A stretch of 64,000 nucleotides of DNA from Lachnospiraceae bacterium (lineage in GTDB: Bacteria; Bacillota; Clostridia; Lachnospirales; Lachnospiraceae): NCBI GenBank assembly GCA_017461725.1, contig JAFTXG010000006.1:27797-91796 (forward strand), written 5' to 3'. The position numbers and the translations under genes were made by a program. Every line of letters starts with the position of its first letter. Position 1 is the stretch's first letter. Positions 10,370 through 20,722 of this stretch are shown in pieces. The notes beneath the pieces are model-generated. The model had not been told where the DNA came from. It ran no database searches and worked only from the letters and a program-made list of their open reading frames with translations.

Positions 10370-10499
10370 GATACACCCCTCCCTGTGATAATTTTGTATC
10401 GTCAATACACTTGTTGCACGATGTAAATACAGTCTGTGAGCATATCATTACCGATGATATACAGACAGATGCCAGTGAATCCGCATACGCTCTGCACAT

Positions 10500-11141
10500 T
10501 CATATATACTTAAGGATATCGCTCATCGTCTCCGCAATATAAGTCGCCCCGGCCGTTTCCAGCTCCTCGCGGCTTCCGTAGCCAAACAGCACGCCGATGG
10601 AATCCAATCCATTCTCCCTTGCGCCCAGCACATCGTGCTCCCGGTCACCGACCATCAGCACCTGAGATTTGTCGGTGATCCCAAGACTCTCCAGCGCATA
10701 GGCGATCACCTGCCCCTTTTTGTTTCTGGACTCGTCCATGGACGCGCCGGCCTTAAAGTCAAAATAGCCATCCAGATGAAAATGCTCCAGTATCTGAAAC
10801 GCAAAGTGCTCCGGCTTCGAGGTCGCCAGAACGATCTTTTTTCCTGCCGCCTTCAGCGCAGACAACATCTCCTCCACACCTTCATACGCCTCGTTCTCAT
10901 ACAGGCCCCTGTCCCGGAAATATTCCCGGTAATACTCCACTGCCCTGAGACTATCCTCCTTGGAAAAACCGTAATACCGCTGGAAGGAATCACTCAAAGG
11001 CGGGCCGATAAAGGGATACAGCGCAGTTCTGTCCTCCACCTCAATGCCCCACTTTTTCAGCGCGTAGGCCACCGAGTTGGTAATGCCGACGCCGGGGTCA
11101 GTCAAGGTTCCGTCCAGATCGAAGAAAATAATATTATACAT
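10500..11141 (-). CDS. HAD-IA family hydrolase (phosphoglycolate phosphatase-like)
   Basis: FFDLDGTLTD motif I and a C-terminal MVGDREHD motif; start at MYNII with a GGAGGT RBS. Confidence 0.8.
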   Translation of the reverse strand: MYNIIFFDLDGTLTDPGVGITNSVAYALKKWGIEVEDRTALYPFIGPPLSDSFQRYYGFSKEDSLRAVEYYREYFRDRGLYENEAYEGVEEMLSALKAAGKKIVLATSKPEHFAFQILEHFHLDGYFDFKAGASMDESRNKKGQVIAYALESLGITDKSQVLMVGDREHDVLGARENGLDSIGVLFGYGSREELETAGATYIAETMSDILKYI

Positions 11142-11174
11142 GGTTACCTCCATAACCGTTTCTCATCTCAAAAA

Positions 11175-11645
11175 TCACAGAATCAGCTCCATGCCCACCT
11201 TCTGGGGTACCAGCCCGCACTTCTCGTAAAACTTCATGGCTCCGGGATTGCAGGACCACACATTCAAGGTCAGATTGTAACACCCCTCCGCCCTCGCGAA
11301 CTCCACCACATAATCGTAGAGCTGCTTGCCGATGTGCATGCCGCGCTTGTCCTCGTCCACACAGAGGTCATCGACGTACAAGGTCTTGATGTCCGTCAGA
11401 ATATTGTCGTTTGGCAGCTGCTTGAAGATGCAGAACGCATAGCCCAGGACCTCATCCCGCTCGTCCACCGCCACAAAAATCGGAGTGTGGTCATCTGCGA
11501 TGATCGCCGTCAGCTCCTCATCGGTGTATTTCTTCGCATGGGGCTTAAACAGGTCCGGTCTGCCGTTGTGGTGAACCATCAAAACCTGAAGTAAAAGCTT
11601 GTTGATCCCATCCATGTCTGTGTTTGCTGCGCGTCTGATCGTCAT
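11175..11645 (-). CDS. GNAT family N-acetyltransferase
   Basis: GNAT-fold motifs (acetyl-CoA binding region RGMHIGKQL); start at MTIRRA with an RBS. Confidence 0.7.
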   Translation of the reverse strand: MTIRRAANTDMDGINKLLLQVLMVHHNGRPDLFKPHAKKYTDEELTAIIADDHTPIFVAVDERDEVLGYAFCIFKQLPNDNILTDIKTLYVDDLCVDEDKRGMHIGKQLYDYVVEFARAEGCYNLTLNVWSCNPGAMKFYEKCGLVPQKVGMELIL

Positions 11646-11729
11646 TTCGTCATACCTCTTTCGTCTGTGTAGTCTCAATCGGAGCGTTACCAATATGTTT
11701 TCTTATTCTACCGCGAAAAAACAGGAATT

Positions 11730-12479
11730 TCAACTTCTAAATCGCTCCCTTATCCCCCTTGATGCAATATTACTCAGACAGATCGCCCCGATACAGCAAA
11801 CAAAATGTGATCCCCACCCCATAATGTCCGGACGCTCCATCATAACAAAAAACAGCATCACTAAAAAGCAACCAATCAAAATATTTATCACAAGAACGGC
11901 TTTATCAGCAATGTATTGCTTCAGTTCTTTTACCGAGCTCATACTGAATTCGGCACTGTCAATGGAGACAAAGGCATTCGATGCACTGATCATCTGATGT
12001 ATGGCTGCCCCCAGCATAATGATAACCCCGATTACAATCCCCAACATACTCACCGAAAATTCTGCCACTAAGCCGAGCGAGAGCAAACCCGCGCTCACTC
12101 CGGCAAAGGCAGAAATTATGCAGTGCGTGCGATATTTTTCCTTTGTAGTAATCAGAATCCGTTGGAGCTGCTTCTCTCTCCGCTTTCCTGCCGATTCATC
12201 GGCTGTTTTCCCAGCCCCTTCCGCCTTCGCTTGCCCGGTATTTTCTGCGTAATCAGGGACTTTCACCATTTTGCGCTCTCCCCGCAGCAGTTCATCCGAT
12301 GTGACCCCGAAAATCTCTGCGATCACCGGGATCAACGTCAGGTCCGGCAGGGTCTCGTCCCGCTCCCAACGGCTGACCGTCTTATCCGTCACCATGAGCA
12401 TCTCCGCCAGCTGCTTCTGTGTCAAGCCCTTTTCTTTTCGCAGAACCGCAATCAAACCGCCGATTGTTTTCTTTTCCAT
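11730..12479 (-). CDS. XRE-family HTH regulator with C-terminal transmembrane domain
   Basis: N-terminal HTH_XRE (LTQKQLAEML...VSRWERDETLP), C-terminal hydrophobic helices; AAAGGAGA RBS. Confidence 0.75.
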   Translation of the reverse strand: MEKKTIGGLIAVLRKEKGLTQKQLAEMLMVTDKTVSRWERDETLPDLTLIPVIAEIFGVTSDELLRGERKMVKVPDYAENTGQAKAEGAGKTADESAGKRREKQLQRILITTKEKYRTHCIISAFAGVSAGLLSLGLVAEFSVSMLGIVIGVIIMLGAAIHQMISASNAFVSIDSAEFSMSSVKELKQYIADKAVLVINILIGCFLVMLFFVMMERPDIMGWGSHFVCCIGAICLSNIASRGIRERFRS

Positions 12480-12501
12480 TCCACAATCTCCTTTTGTTCA
12501 C

Positions 12502-13380
12502 TCATGGTTTCCGGTTATGAAATATACCCTTCTTCCGAAACCTTGCCTTCACAATCCCCGCCAACATCAGACACACCACGATCATCACCGCTTCCCATAT
12601 ACAGGTCAGGAGCAGCCATTCCCAATCTCCGAATCCAACGGCGACAATCACCAACGCCTCCGTAAACAGACAGACAACCAAACTGATCAGTAACAGCGCA
12701 CGGCTCACAATATGCTTTTTCAGTTTTTCCACGGCCTCTTTACCGAACTCATCGCTGTCGATGGCCATGTAGGCATTCATGGCATACACGATCTGATGGG
12801 CAATGGCCGACAAATGGATAATCAGTCCCACAGCCAGCCCCAGACTTCCCCGGTCGATCCCATGGCCGGAAGTAAAACCCTCAATACATCCAATCACTGC
12901 CACCAGACCAATCACCGCCAGAAACAGGGTGATGATACAATGTATCTGATATTTTGTCCGTGTGTTGGACAGTATCCGCTGAATCTGTTTTTCTCCGCGG
13001 AGGGTTGCTGAAGGAGAAGGCTTACCTTTCGTATCGCCACCATGGCTCATCGTATCCATGATGTCGATTTTCTCCACACTCCAACCATTATACTCCGCAT
13101 CCTTGTTATCGTCATCCACCGATGCCTCACTGATAACTTTGCTCTCCCTCATGCCAGGACTTATCACAGTTCTCCGCTCTCCCCGCAGCAGTTCATCGGA
13201 TGTGACCCCGAAAATCTCTGCGATCACCGGAATCAGGGTCAGATCCGGCAGCGTCTCATCCCGCTCCCAGCGGCTGACCGTTTTGTCTGTCACCTGCAGC
13301 ATCTCCGCCAACTGTTTTTGCGTCAGGCCGTTGGCCTTGCGCAGCACTGCGATAAAGCTTCCAATTGTTTTCTTTTCCAT
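12502..13380 (-). CDS. XRE-family HTH regulator with C-terminal transmembrane domain (tandem paralog)
   Basis: N-terminal 70 aa are nearly identical to the 11730-12479 protein, and the 5' regions are roughly 85% identical at nucleotide level; start at MEKKTIGSF. Confidence 0.75.
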   Translation of the reverse strand: MEKKTIGSFIAVLRKANGLTQKQLAEMLQVTDKTVSRWERDETLPDLTLIPVIAEIFGVTSDELLRGERRTVISPGMRESKVISEASVDDDNKDAEYNGWSVEKIDIMDTMSHGGDTKGKPSPSATLRGEKQIQRILSNTRTKYQIHCIITLFLAVIGLVAVIGCIEGFTSGHGIDRGSLGLAVGLIIHLSAIAHQIVYAMNAYMAIDSDEFGKEAVEKLKKHIVSRALLLISLVVCLFTEALVIVAVGFGDWEWLLLTCIWEAVMIVVCLMLAGIVKARFRKKGIFHNRKP

Positions 13381-13779
13381 TTTCATTCTCCCCTTCGATT
13401 TATAGGCCCGCACAGTCAAATCCTTATTTTCGCCAATAGTCTATGTCCGTAAGCAACTCTCTGCGAGCCTTACAAGTCCACTCTACAAAACTGCGAGATA
13501 AAATGGAACCCCAGAGAGTGTCAATCACTCACGAAATCTGGGCAATTGCAAAAATGTGACGCCAAATTCATTCGTTTCCCTTGACCATTTTGTAACACTC
13601 CTGCGTATACCCTACAAATGCTTGAATGTCATTTCTACATCCTACACCAATTCCCTCGCTCCTGTCAATGAAAACACTCTGCCCCTTCCGGCGTCCTGAT
13701 AAACTAGCAAACCACCAGCAAAAAGGCAGGTACATGGTCATTCCACATACCTGCCTATCGCAACCTTTAATTTAAACTG

Positions 13780-14589
13780 TCAGCCGTCCACTAACGCCGC
13801 CAGCCGCTTCGCCGCGCTCGCCGCTCTCTCCAGATACACCTCAGCGGGCATTTCATCATATATATGGCTTTTTTTTGCTGCCAACTCCAGCATCAATGAC
13901 CCCGTAAAACCGGAATTACGAATGTGTTCAGCCACCCGTTTATAGTCCATAACTCCGTCAAATGGAATCAAATGATCGTCCTGATTGTACACCCCGAAAT
14001 TATCGTGAATGTGGGTGCAGATCAGTCGTTTCCCAAACATCTGCATATACTCTGTCCCCGGAGTAAAGCAGGCCTCATGTCCACAGTCCCAGCAAAATCC
14101 CACCGGTGCATCTTCCCCGAAGGATTCCATTGCCCACGCAACATTTGACAACATCCGTTGATTCTCAAAGGCAATACGGATGTTTTTTCGACCAGCATAT
14201 TCCACCAGTTTTGTGAATCGCTCCCTTCCGATATCAGTGACCGGAGGAGGATTCTGTCCCGACGAGAGATGAACGACCATGATGGGCGCACCAGACAGCA
14301 CACAACAGTCAATGCAGTCTGTCAGCTCCTGATACATAGTTTCCCCGCCCTCGCAGTCCAGCCACATATCATTGATATGGCCAAAGGGCGCATGAATGGT
14401 CTCATATTCTATTCCTTTTTTTGCCAGCAGTTCAGCCACCCGCACGTGCCGCTTTTTCTCCATCATCACCGTAAACGTCGCACAAAAGCCCTGATCAGCG
14501 ATTATGTTGATGTACTCCTCATCCGGCAGCTTAATTGCATGCAGAAATATTCCGATTTTTCTCATCGTTTTGTGACTCCCAGCTTTCAT
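13780..14589 (-). CDS. sugar phosphate isomerase/epimerase (xylose isomerase-like TIM barrel)
   Basis: Xylose-isomerase-like TIM barrel sequence features; first gene position in the ABC sugar locus. Confidence 0.7.
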   Translation of the reverse strand: MKAGSHKTMRKIGIFLHAIKLPDEEYINIIADQGFCATFTVMMEKKRHVRVAELLAKKGIEYETIHAPFGHINDMWLDCEGGETMYQELTDCIDCCVLSGAPIMVVHLSSGQNPPPVTDIGRERFTKLVEYAGRKNIRIAFENQRMLSNVAWAMESFGEDAPVGFCWDCGHEACFTPGTEYMQMFGKRLICTHIHDNFGVYNQDDHLIPFDGVMDYKRVAEHIRNSGFTGSLMLELAAKKSHIYDEMPAEVYLERAASAAKRLAALVDG

Positions 14590-14598
14590 TGTATAGTG

Positions 14599-15438
14599 TC
14601 ATCCCTTCACGCCGGAAGAAGCAATTCCCTCAATAAAATGCCTCTGACCGGCAACAAACACAATCAAAATCGGTATCAGAGAGATACATGAGGCTGTCAT
14701 TACCAACTCATATTGTGCCCCCGCATTCAGCAAATACCAACGAATCACCTGTGAAATCGTATAATTTTCTTTTGCCCTCGTCAAGAAAATCAGCGGCGCC
14801 AGATACTCATTCCATAAACTAATAAAAGAAAGAATGACTAGCGAAACTAATGCTGGTTTAGTCAACGGCATCATAATCTGCGAAAAAATACGTGGATGTC
14901 CGGCACCATCAATTTTTGCTGCTTCCATCAATTCATCGGGAAGGCCCATGTAAAACTGGCGGAGCAAAAATATCGCTGACACGCCGAACCAATGGGGCAA
15001 AATAACAGACCACAAGGTATTGTACAAGCCAACACTTTTAAACAGCATAAATCGTGGAATAATCGTCACCTGTGCAGGAATCATCATGGATGCCATGTAC
15101 AACATGAAAATGATATTCTTTCCTTTAAAATTAATTTTTGCGAAAGCATATGCCGCAATAGATGCAACCAACAACTGACCCACAATACCAAACAATGCAA
15201 TCCAAACCGAATTCAAAAATGCCCGATACATCGGAACTTCTGCATTGATCCAAACTTCCATATAGTTTTTCCATTGCGCCACCTCGGGCAGCCAGCGGAA
15301 GGGTCTGCCAAATACCTCCAGGGGCGTTTTCAACGATGTTCCCACCATCCAGAAGAGAGGAACGCAAAATAAAACAGCAATTGCTCCAATCAACAGCGTT
15401 CTGACCAGAGCCATTATTTTCTGACGTGTTGTAATCAT
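14599..15438 (-). CDS. carbohydrate ABC transporter permease (MalG/UgpE-like)
   Basis: EAA-loop region EAAKIDGAGHPRIF; six TM segments; start at the internal ATG with a GAGGAGGAG RBS. Confidence 0.85.
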   Translation of the reverse strand: MITTRQKIMALVRTLLIGAIAVLFCVPLFWMVGTSLKTPLEVFGRPFRWLPEVAQWKNYMEVWINAEVPMYRAFLNSVWIALFGIVGQLLVASIAAYAFAKINFKGKNIIFMLYMASMMIPAQVTIIPRFMLFKSVGLYNTLWSVILPHWFGVSAIFLLRQFYMGLPDELMEAAKIDGAGHPRIFSQIMMPLTKPALVSLVILSFISLWNEYLAPLIFLTRAKENYTISQVIRWYLLNAGAQYELVMTASCISLIPILIVFVAGQRHFIEGIASSGVKG

Positions 15439-15452
15439 AAAGCTCCTCCTCT

Positions 15453-16334
15453 TTAATAGTGAACCCACTTTTTTTGTCCCCAGAATTGGAACAGTGTCAC
15501 AAGCAGAATAATTACGAACATAATAAGCGACTCTGCCGACGCATATCCAAATTGATATCGTTCAAACGCGCTGACATAAATTTCCGAAACCATGGAGGTA
15601 TTGCTGTATGCCGTCGTTCCCATGGTCATAATATTGACGGAAGAAAAGATTTTGAACGAAAAAATACATCTAACGATCATTAAATAAAATGTGGTGGGCG
15701 AAATCAACGGAAAAGTTACTTTCCAAAATTTTTTCCATCCACTGGCTCCGTCAATTTCTGCCGCCTCATACAAACTTGAGGGAACATTCTGCAAAGCTGC
15801 CATATAGATAACCAACTCATATCCAATGGCCGTCCATACTACCAGCAAAATAATCGGTACTTTATTCAAATGAACATGAGAAAACCATGAGGGCGGATCA
15901 GCCACCTTAAACACATCTGTCAAGACTGTGTTGACGATACCATCACTACGAAACAGATATTTGAACACAGCAGCCAATGCTACTGTATTGGAAATATACG
16001 GAATAAAGAATGCCATCCTCAAGGTTTTTTTGAAAAACACCTTGTTATTCAGTACATAGGCCAATCCCAATGCAATAATGATTGATGTGGGAACAGTAGA
16101 TATCGCATAGACAAAGGTGTTTTTCATAGCCTGCCCGAACCGCACATCTTTGATCAGATCTCTAAAATTGTCAAGACCGACAAATTTCAGCTTTTCCCAT
16201 CCCCCGATAAAGTTCCACTCGGTAAAAGCAAGTCCGATGGATGCGAAAAAGGGAAAGGCTATAAACACCACAAAAGCAATAAATGATGGTGCCATAAACA
16301 GATAGCCTATCATATTTTCTTTTCGTTTATTCAT
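15453..16334 (-). CDS. carbohydrate ABC transporter permease (MalF/UgpA-like)
   Basis: EAA motif EAAEIDGASGWKKF; polytopic membrane protein. Confidence 0.85.
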   Translation of the reverse strand: MNKRKENMIGYLFMAPSFIAFVVFIAFPFFASIGLAFTEWNFIGGWEKLKFVGLDNFRDLIKDVRFGQAMKNTFVYAISTVPTSIIIALGLAYVLNNKVFFKKTLRMAFFIPYISNTVALAAVFKYLFRSDGIVNTVLTDVFKVADPPSWFSHVHLNKVPIILLVVWTAIGYELVIYMAALQNVPSSLYEAAEIDGASGWKKFWKVTFPLISPTTFYLMIVRCIFSFKIFSSVNIMTMGTTAYSNTSMVSEIYVSAFERYQFGYASAESLIMFVIILLVTLFQFWGQKKWVHY

Positions 16335-16443
16335 AAACAGACCCCATTTCTTTTTAGCTCCTGATACCCGATATTGCCTGAGGGAATATCCGCTCAGGCA
16401 ATATCGAGTAAAATCAAATCCGAATACTTAAGATTAATTCATC

Positions 16444-17904
16444 TTACTGTGCCTCTTTAATCTTCGCATCTGCCAGTTCCTTAGCAGTCTGCATTGCATC
16501 CTCTGGAGTCATTTCACCGCGGTGTGCAAGCATAACATATTCTTTTAAAAGATTCAGAACATCGGTATATGCCAACAGGGAATGTTCCTCAAAAATAGGT
16601 GCATCCATCAAATACATGGTGCTTTTCCAACTATCAATATCGATCAATTCTGCAGCTCTCTCTTCAGAGTCAAAAACCATGCAAAGCAGTTCAGAATCAG
16701 AGATATCGGCGCCAAGCCACTTAGGCGCATTGCCGGACAATAACATATACTGTGAACCATAAGTTGAAAACCAAGAAAGGAAGGTCCATGCTGCATCTTC
16801 GTCCTGTACACCGTTAGTGATACCTACATGGTAGTTTGTTGCTACACCGGACATATAATTGGTCTGACCTTTTTCCTCCACCGGATAGGGTGCAAATGCC
16901 GCCTTAAAATCACGGGGATAGGTCTCCGTATCACGCAGATACTTGACAAAATTGTTGGAGATAAATGAAGCAATATCTCCATTCAGGAAAAGCGCATAAT
17001 CATCCACATCTTCATCTCTGTAGGTAAGCAGAGGGAACCAAATACCGTCCTCCTGCTCGGCCTTAATTTCACGTTTCAACATGTTAAGCACAATGGGATC
17101 AGTAAAGTTGGCTGCCTGTCCATCCTCTGTGTACAGAAAATGTTTTCCAGTCACCTGCATCCAAGGGTATGCCGCAAACTCAATGGAATGGAAGTCTGAT
17201 CCACCGTACACAATCGTCTTTCCCTTCTCATCTCTCTTCGTCATCGCTTCAGATGCAGCCAGGTACTCATCCCATGTCCACTCTGTAGGAATCTCTCCAA
17301 GACCGGCCTCATCCCATGCCGTTTTATTTATCACTATGTAATAAATATTGCCGCCAACCGGGAAGGTATAGTAAACACCATCGAGATTATAGCTATCCGT
17401 TCCCCACTCTTTCTTAACATCAATCCCATACTCTTCAATGTAATCTGTTAAAGGAAGATACAGATTATTATTCCAGCGGTTATAGGCATGCTGCAAGGTA
17501 CTGCTCATAAGAACGTCAATCTCTCCACCCATAATTGCCGCGTTTGCCTGTGCATTTCCATCCGCGTTATTACTGTAGGATGTGAACTCAACTGTAATAT
17601 TAGGATATGCCTCGTTAAATGCATCAAGTATTCCCTGCATGCCCTGCTTCAAAGTCAAGTTAGACCAGAAACGTACTGTTCCTGTCTTGGATGCAGGATC
17701 ATCAACCAATGCCCAACTACCCAACTCATACTCTTTAGGTGCCTCTGTCTCGTCAGCAGGCGCCTCTGTCTTGTCGTCCGGTTCAGGTGCATCCGTCTTC
17801 TTTGATGCTTCAGTCGGTTTCTCGGCCGGCTGACAAGCAGCCAGTGACATGACCATGGTCAGAGCAAGCAGTAATGCCAACAGTTGCCTAAGTTTCTTTC
17901 TCAT
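16444..17904 (-). CDS. extracellular solute-binding lipoprotein of carbohydrate ABC transporter
   Basis: Lipoprotein signal LALLLALTMVMSLAAC; large SBP family 1 protein; start at MRKKLRQ with an AAGGAGGAA RBS. Confidence 0.85.
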   Translation of the reverse strand: MRKKLRQLLALLLALTMVMSLAACQPAEKPTEASKKTDAPEPDDKTEAPADETEAPKEYELGSWALVDDPASKTGTVRFWSNLTLKQGMQGILDAFNEAYPNITVEFTSYSNNADGNAQANAAIMGGEIDVLMSSTLQHAYNRWNNNLYLPLTDYIEEYGIDVKKEWGTDSYNLDGVYYTFPVGGNIYYIVINKTAWDEAGLGEIPTEWTWDEYLAASEAMTKRDEKGKTIVYGGSDFHSIEFAAYPWMQVTGKHFLYTEDGQAANFTDPIVLNMLKREIKAEQEDGIWFPLLTYRDEDVDDYALFLNGDIASFISNNFVKYLRDTETYPRDFKAAFAPYPVEEKGQTNYMSGVATNYHVGITNGVQDEDAAWTFLSWFSTYGSQYMLLSGNAPKWLGADISDSELLCMVFDSEERAAELIDIDSWKSTMYLMDAPIFEEHSLLAYTDVLNLLKEYVMLAHRGEMTPEDAMQTAKELADAKIKEAQ

Positions 17905-18249
17905 ATTGATTCCTCCTTGTGAATATAATTTCGGACACCTTTGCGGCCCACGTTCATCTAAACAATCCATTTTAGCTATTGTTCCAACCGCCAATTTGCA
18001 AAACATTAAATTGTTTTATGGATTGTTGATAATCAGATTATATATTCCGCATTAATTTTAGTCAATATGTTGCGATTTTATTGAAAACTCTTCACATTAT
18101 TTCATAATATCTTGCAAATCTCTTCATTGCGGAGACAAATATATTTGCGTTTAAACTCAAGAATCATATTCGAAGAGAGCAAGAAGTTCTTCAATATGAA
18201 TCTCCTTGCTCTCTTACTGGATCACCAGGTATACATTATGCTTTAATCT

Positions 18250-19716
18250 TTATACATCGTTTTTCTTCCTGTAATATTCAAAGGTTTCCAACGTTGTATC
18301 GTATGCCCCTTCGGGCCGCATTTCAAAAACAAATGGTGCCTTATTAATGATTCCTTCCTTCCAACATTTAAACAAAGACGCAAAACTCAGCACTTTATCA
18401 TAAACGCTGGTTATCGCCACATGGTTTGAAAAGGTCCCATTCTCCGATATCACCTGATGAATATGATAGCCCACAATATGTTTTCCAAGCAATGCAAACC
18501 AGGTACTTGTTTGATAACTTTGACTAAAGGGTTTATTATTACGTGCGTGCCCAATATCAAAGTTAATTCCTACCTTATGCTTACATTTCGACTGTAATAT
18601 CTGCATAAACTCAATGCATTCTTCCGGTATATATCCGAAACGCCGGCTCTCATCTGGCTTTTCTTTTGACTTCATATGCATGTTTTCAATTCCCACAACT
18701 ATCTGATTCTCGAACCCATTGAATCTTTCTGCCATATAATCAGCTATGGTTTCAAGTGCCCCTGTCTGTTCTCTTGCTTCTCTCACAGTAATTTTAGGAA
18801 CATGCTGTGTAAATCTATCCACATGAAGTTTTTTTGCCAAGTCTATTAATTCATCATAACCAGGATCTGGAATAAGTTCTCCATTTTTATACTGCACATC
18901 CGGCAAATGTAAAGAAAGGTTTTCCCCACCGAAATTTCTCCACGCTCCTATCAATTGCTTTAATTTCATGAAATCAAAGCTGAGCACATCCCACCTTAAC
19001 TCCAAATACTTCAATCTGTTTTTAATCGCAAACTGTATTTCTCTTTCAACCTGACGACATGAAACGCCAAAATATTCATACAAATCTTCCGGCACAGGGC
19101 ATTTATATATCATTTGCTCCAAACATTCTTTCTCCGTATCATAAAATGTAATGACCGGAGAGCCACCAATTGTCTTATCAGGGTCCAAAGCCCGAAGGCC
19201 AACACAATTACCCTGAAATATATCCTTATGTAAATGCCCATAAAAAACAGGCACTTGGGGAAACCGTGTCATCCATGCTTGCATCTTTTCCTGATGTTCA
19301 ACTTCCAGCGCACTTATCGGATGATGCATGAAGACAATACTCTTATCTCCTATTTTATCCAATATCAAATATTGATCTTCTCGAATTTTTCTATCACAGT
19401 CATTCAAGGCAATTATTTCTACCCCATCAATTACCGTCCTGCTGGGAGACGCCATTTGATAAAGAATGGAGGCACTCTTTTCACAACGCAAATCGGAGTT
19501 GCCGGGAATGTACAAAAACGGCAGTCCTGTTTCATTTATCTTTTCAATTGCTTCGCAATAAACATTTACATCTCCATCGCAGGTGATATCACCGGCAAAT
19601 ACAATACAATCGGGCTTATTTTTCAAAATTTCGCTCACTGCCCAATCCAACACGTTGTATTGCAATGCTTGTCTTTCTTTCGGAAGATGGAGATCACACA
19701 TAAATACTATTCTCAT
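18250..19716 (-). CDS. metallophosphoesterase (calcineurin-like) fused to xylose-isomerase-like TIM-barrel domain
   Basis: N-terminus carries calcineurin-like phosphoesterase motifs (CDLHLP, AGDIT, GNSDL, HHP, GHLH). C-terminal 250 aa carry TIM-barrel sugar phosphate isomerase/epimerase features. Strong GGGAGGGA RBS; AT-rich gene. Confidence 0.7.
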   Translation of the reverse strand: MRIVFMCDLHLPKERQALQYNVLDWAVSEILKNKPDCIVFAGDITCDGDVNVYCEAIEKINETGLPFLYIPGNSDLRCEKSASILYQMASPSRTVIDGVEIIALNDCDRKIREDQYLILDKIGDKSIVFMHHPISALEVEHQEKMQAWMTRFPQVPVFYGHLHKDIFQGNCVGLRALDPDKTIGGSPVITFYDTEKECLEQMIYKCPVPEDLYEYFGVSCRQVEREIQFAIKNRLKYLELRWDVLSFDFMKLKQLIGAWRNFGGENLSLHLPDVQYKNGELIPDPGYDELIDLAKKLHVDRFTQHVPKITVREAREQTGALETIADYMAERFNGFENQIVVGIENMHMKSKEKPDESRRFGYIPEECIEFMQILQSKCKHKVGINFDIGHARNNKPFSQSYQTSTWFALLGKHIVGYHIHQVISENGTFSNHVAITSVYDKVLSFASLFKCWKEGIINKAPFVFEMRPEGAYDTTLETFEYYRKKNDV

Positions 19717-19896
19717 TACTATCCCTCCCTCTATTCAAATTGTACATTATTTCAATATATTGACTTTTTGTACAAAATGATTATAATCGGATTATAAGAT
19801 ACACATATATTTTAGTCAATATATTGTAACTTTTTTGCAAACTATTCATTATCCCCCAAAAAATCTTTCATATTTCTTCATTTTAGGAGGACTGTC

Positions 19897-20643
19897 ATGT
19901 TTGAGTATAACCGTAAAAAACAGATTATTGCCTATTTGGATAATAATTCAGGTGCAAAAATCACTGAACTCGCCAAAGAACTTTATTGCAGTGAAGCTAC
20001 AATTCGACGAGATCTCATTGCTTTGGAACAAGAAGGTTTAGTTAAACGTGTCCACGGCGGTGCAGTTTTATCCCAACACCAAAAAGCAATTTTCCCCTAT
20101 GACGTACGCGAATCAGCAAATATACAAGCTAAAGAAACCATCGCTTATAAAGCAGCCGAATTAGTCCATAATGGTGATACCGTTATGCTTGATGGTTTTT
20201 CATCTACTACGCGTCGTATGTGTAAATACATCAAAACTCGTAAAAATGTTAAACTGATCACCAACAACTATCAAATTTATGACTTTTTTAAAGGTACGAG
20301 TGTCACTGTTTTTTGCACCGGTGGTAATTATAGCATGCAGAGTGATTGTTTTGAGGGCTTTTATACAGAATCCTTTATTCATCGTTTCAATGCAGACCTC
20401 CATTTTTTCTCTGCTACCGGAATATCGGAAGATGGTTTTGTTGCAGGAAAATCAATACCGGTCGCAGGAATAAATACAGCTATGATTCACCAATCCGAAC
20501 GAAACTATTTGCTATTGGATTCTTCCAAGATAAACGTAAAAGCCCCCCTTGTTATTTGTCACGCAAATGATCTGACTGGTATCATTTGCGACGAACCGAT
20601 TCCGGAGTTTAAAAAGAATACAAAATCCTTCTTTACTGTCTAA
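19897..20643 (+). CDS. DeoR/GlpR family transcriptional regulator
   Basis: N-terminal DeoR HTH (ITELAKELYCSEATIRRDL) plus DeoR C-terminal sugar-phosphate sensor domain; divergent from the sugar locus. Confidence 0.9.
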   Translation: MFEYNRKKQIIAYLDNNSGAKITELAKELYCSEATIRRDLIALEQEGLVKRVHGGAVLSQHQKAIFPYDVRESANIQAKETIAYKAAELVHNGDTVMLDGFSSTTRRMCKYIKTRKNVKLITNNYQIYDFFKGTSVTVFCTGGNYSMQSDCFEGFYTESFIHRFNADLHFFSATGISEDGFVAGKSIPVAGINTAMIHQSERNYLLLDSSKINVKAPLVICHANDLTGIICDEPIPEFKKNTKSFFTV

Positions 20644-20667
20644 ACCAACTTTATTCCGTAAACTTCA

Positions 20668-20710
20668 AAAGGATCGACATACCGTTCTGTATGCCGATCC
20701 TTTTTTTATG
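20668..20710. terminator. bidirectional rho-independent terminator between convergent genes
   Basis: Imperfect hairpin GGATCGACATAC...GTATGCCGATCC, flanked by an A-run upstream and a T-run (CCTTTTTTTAT) downstream. Confidence 0.6.
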
Positions 20711-20722
20711 CATATTCTTTAA

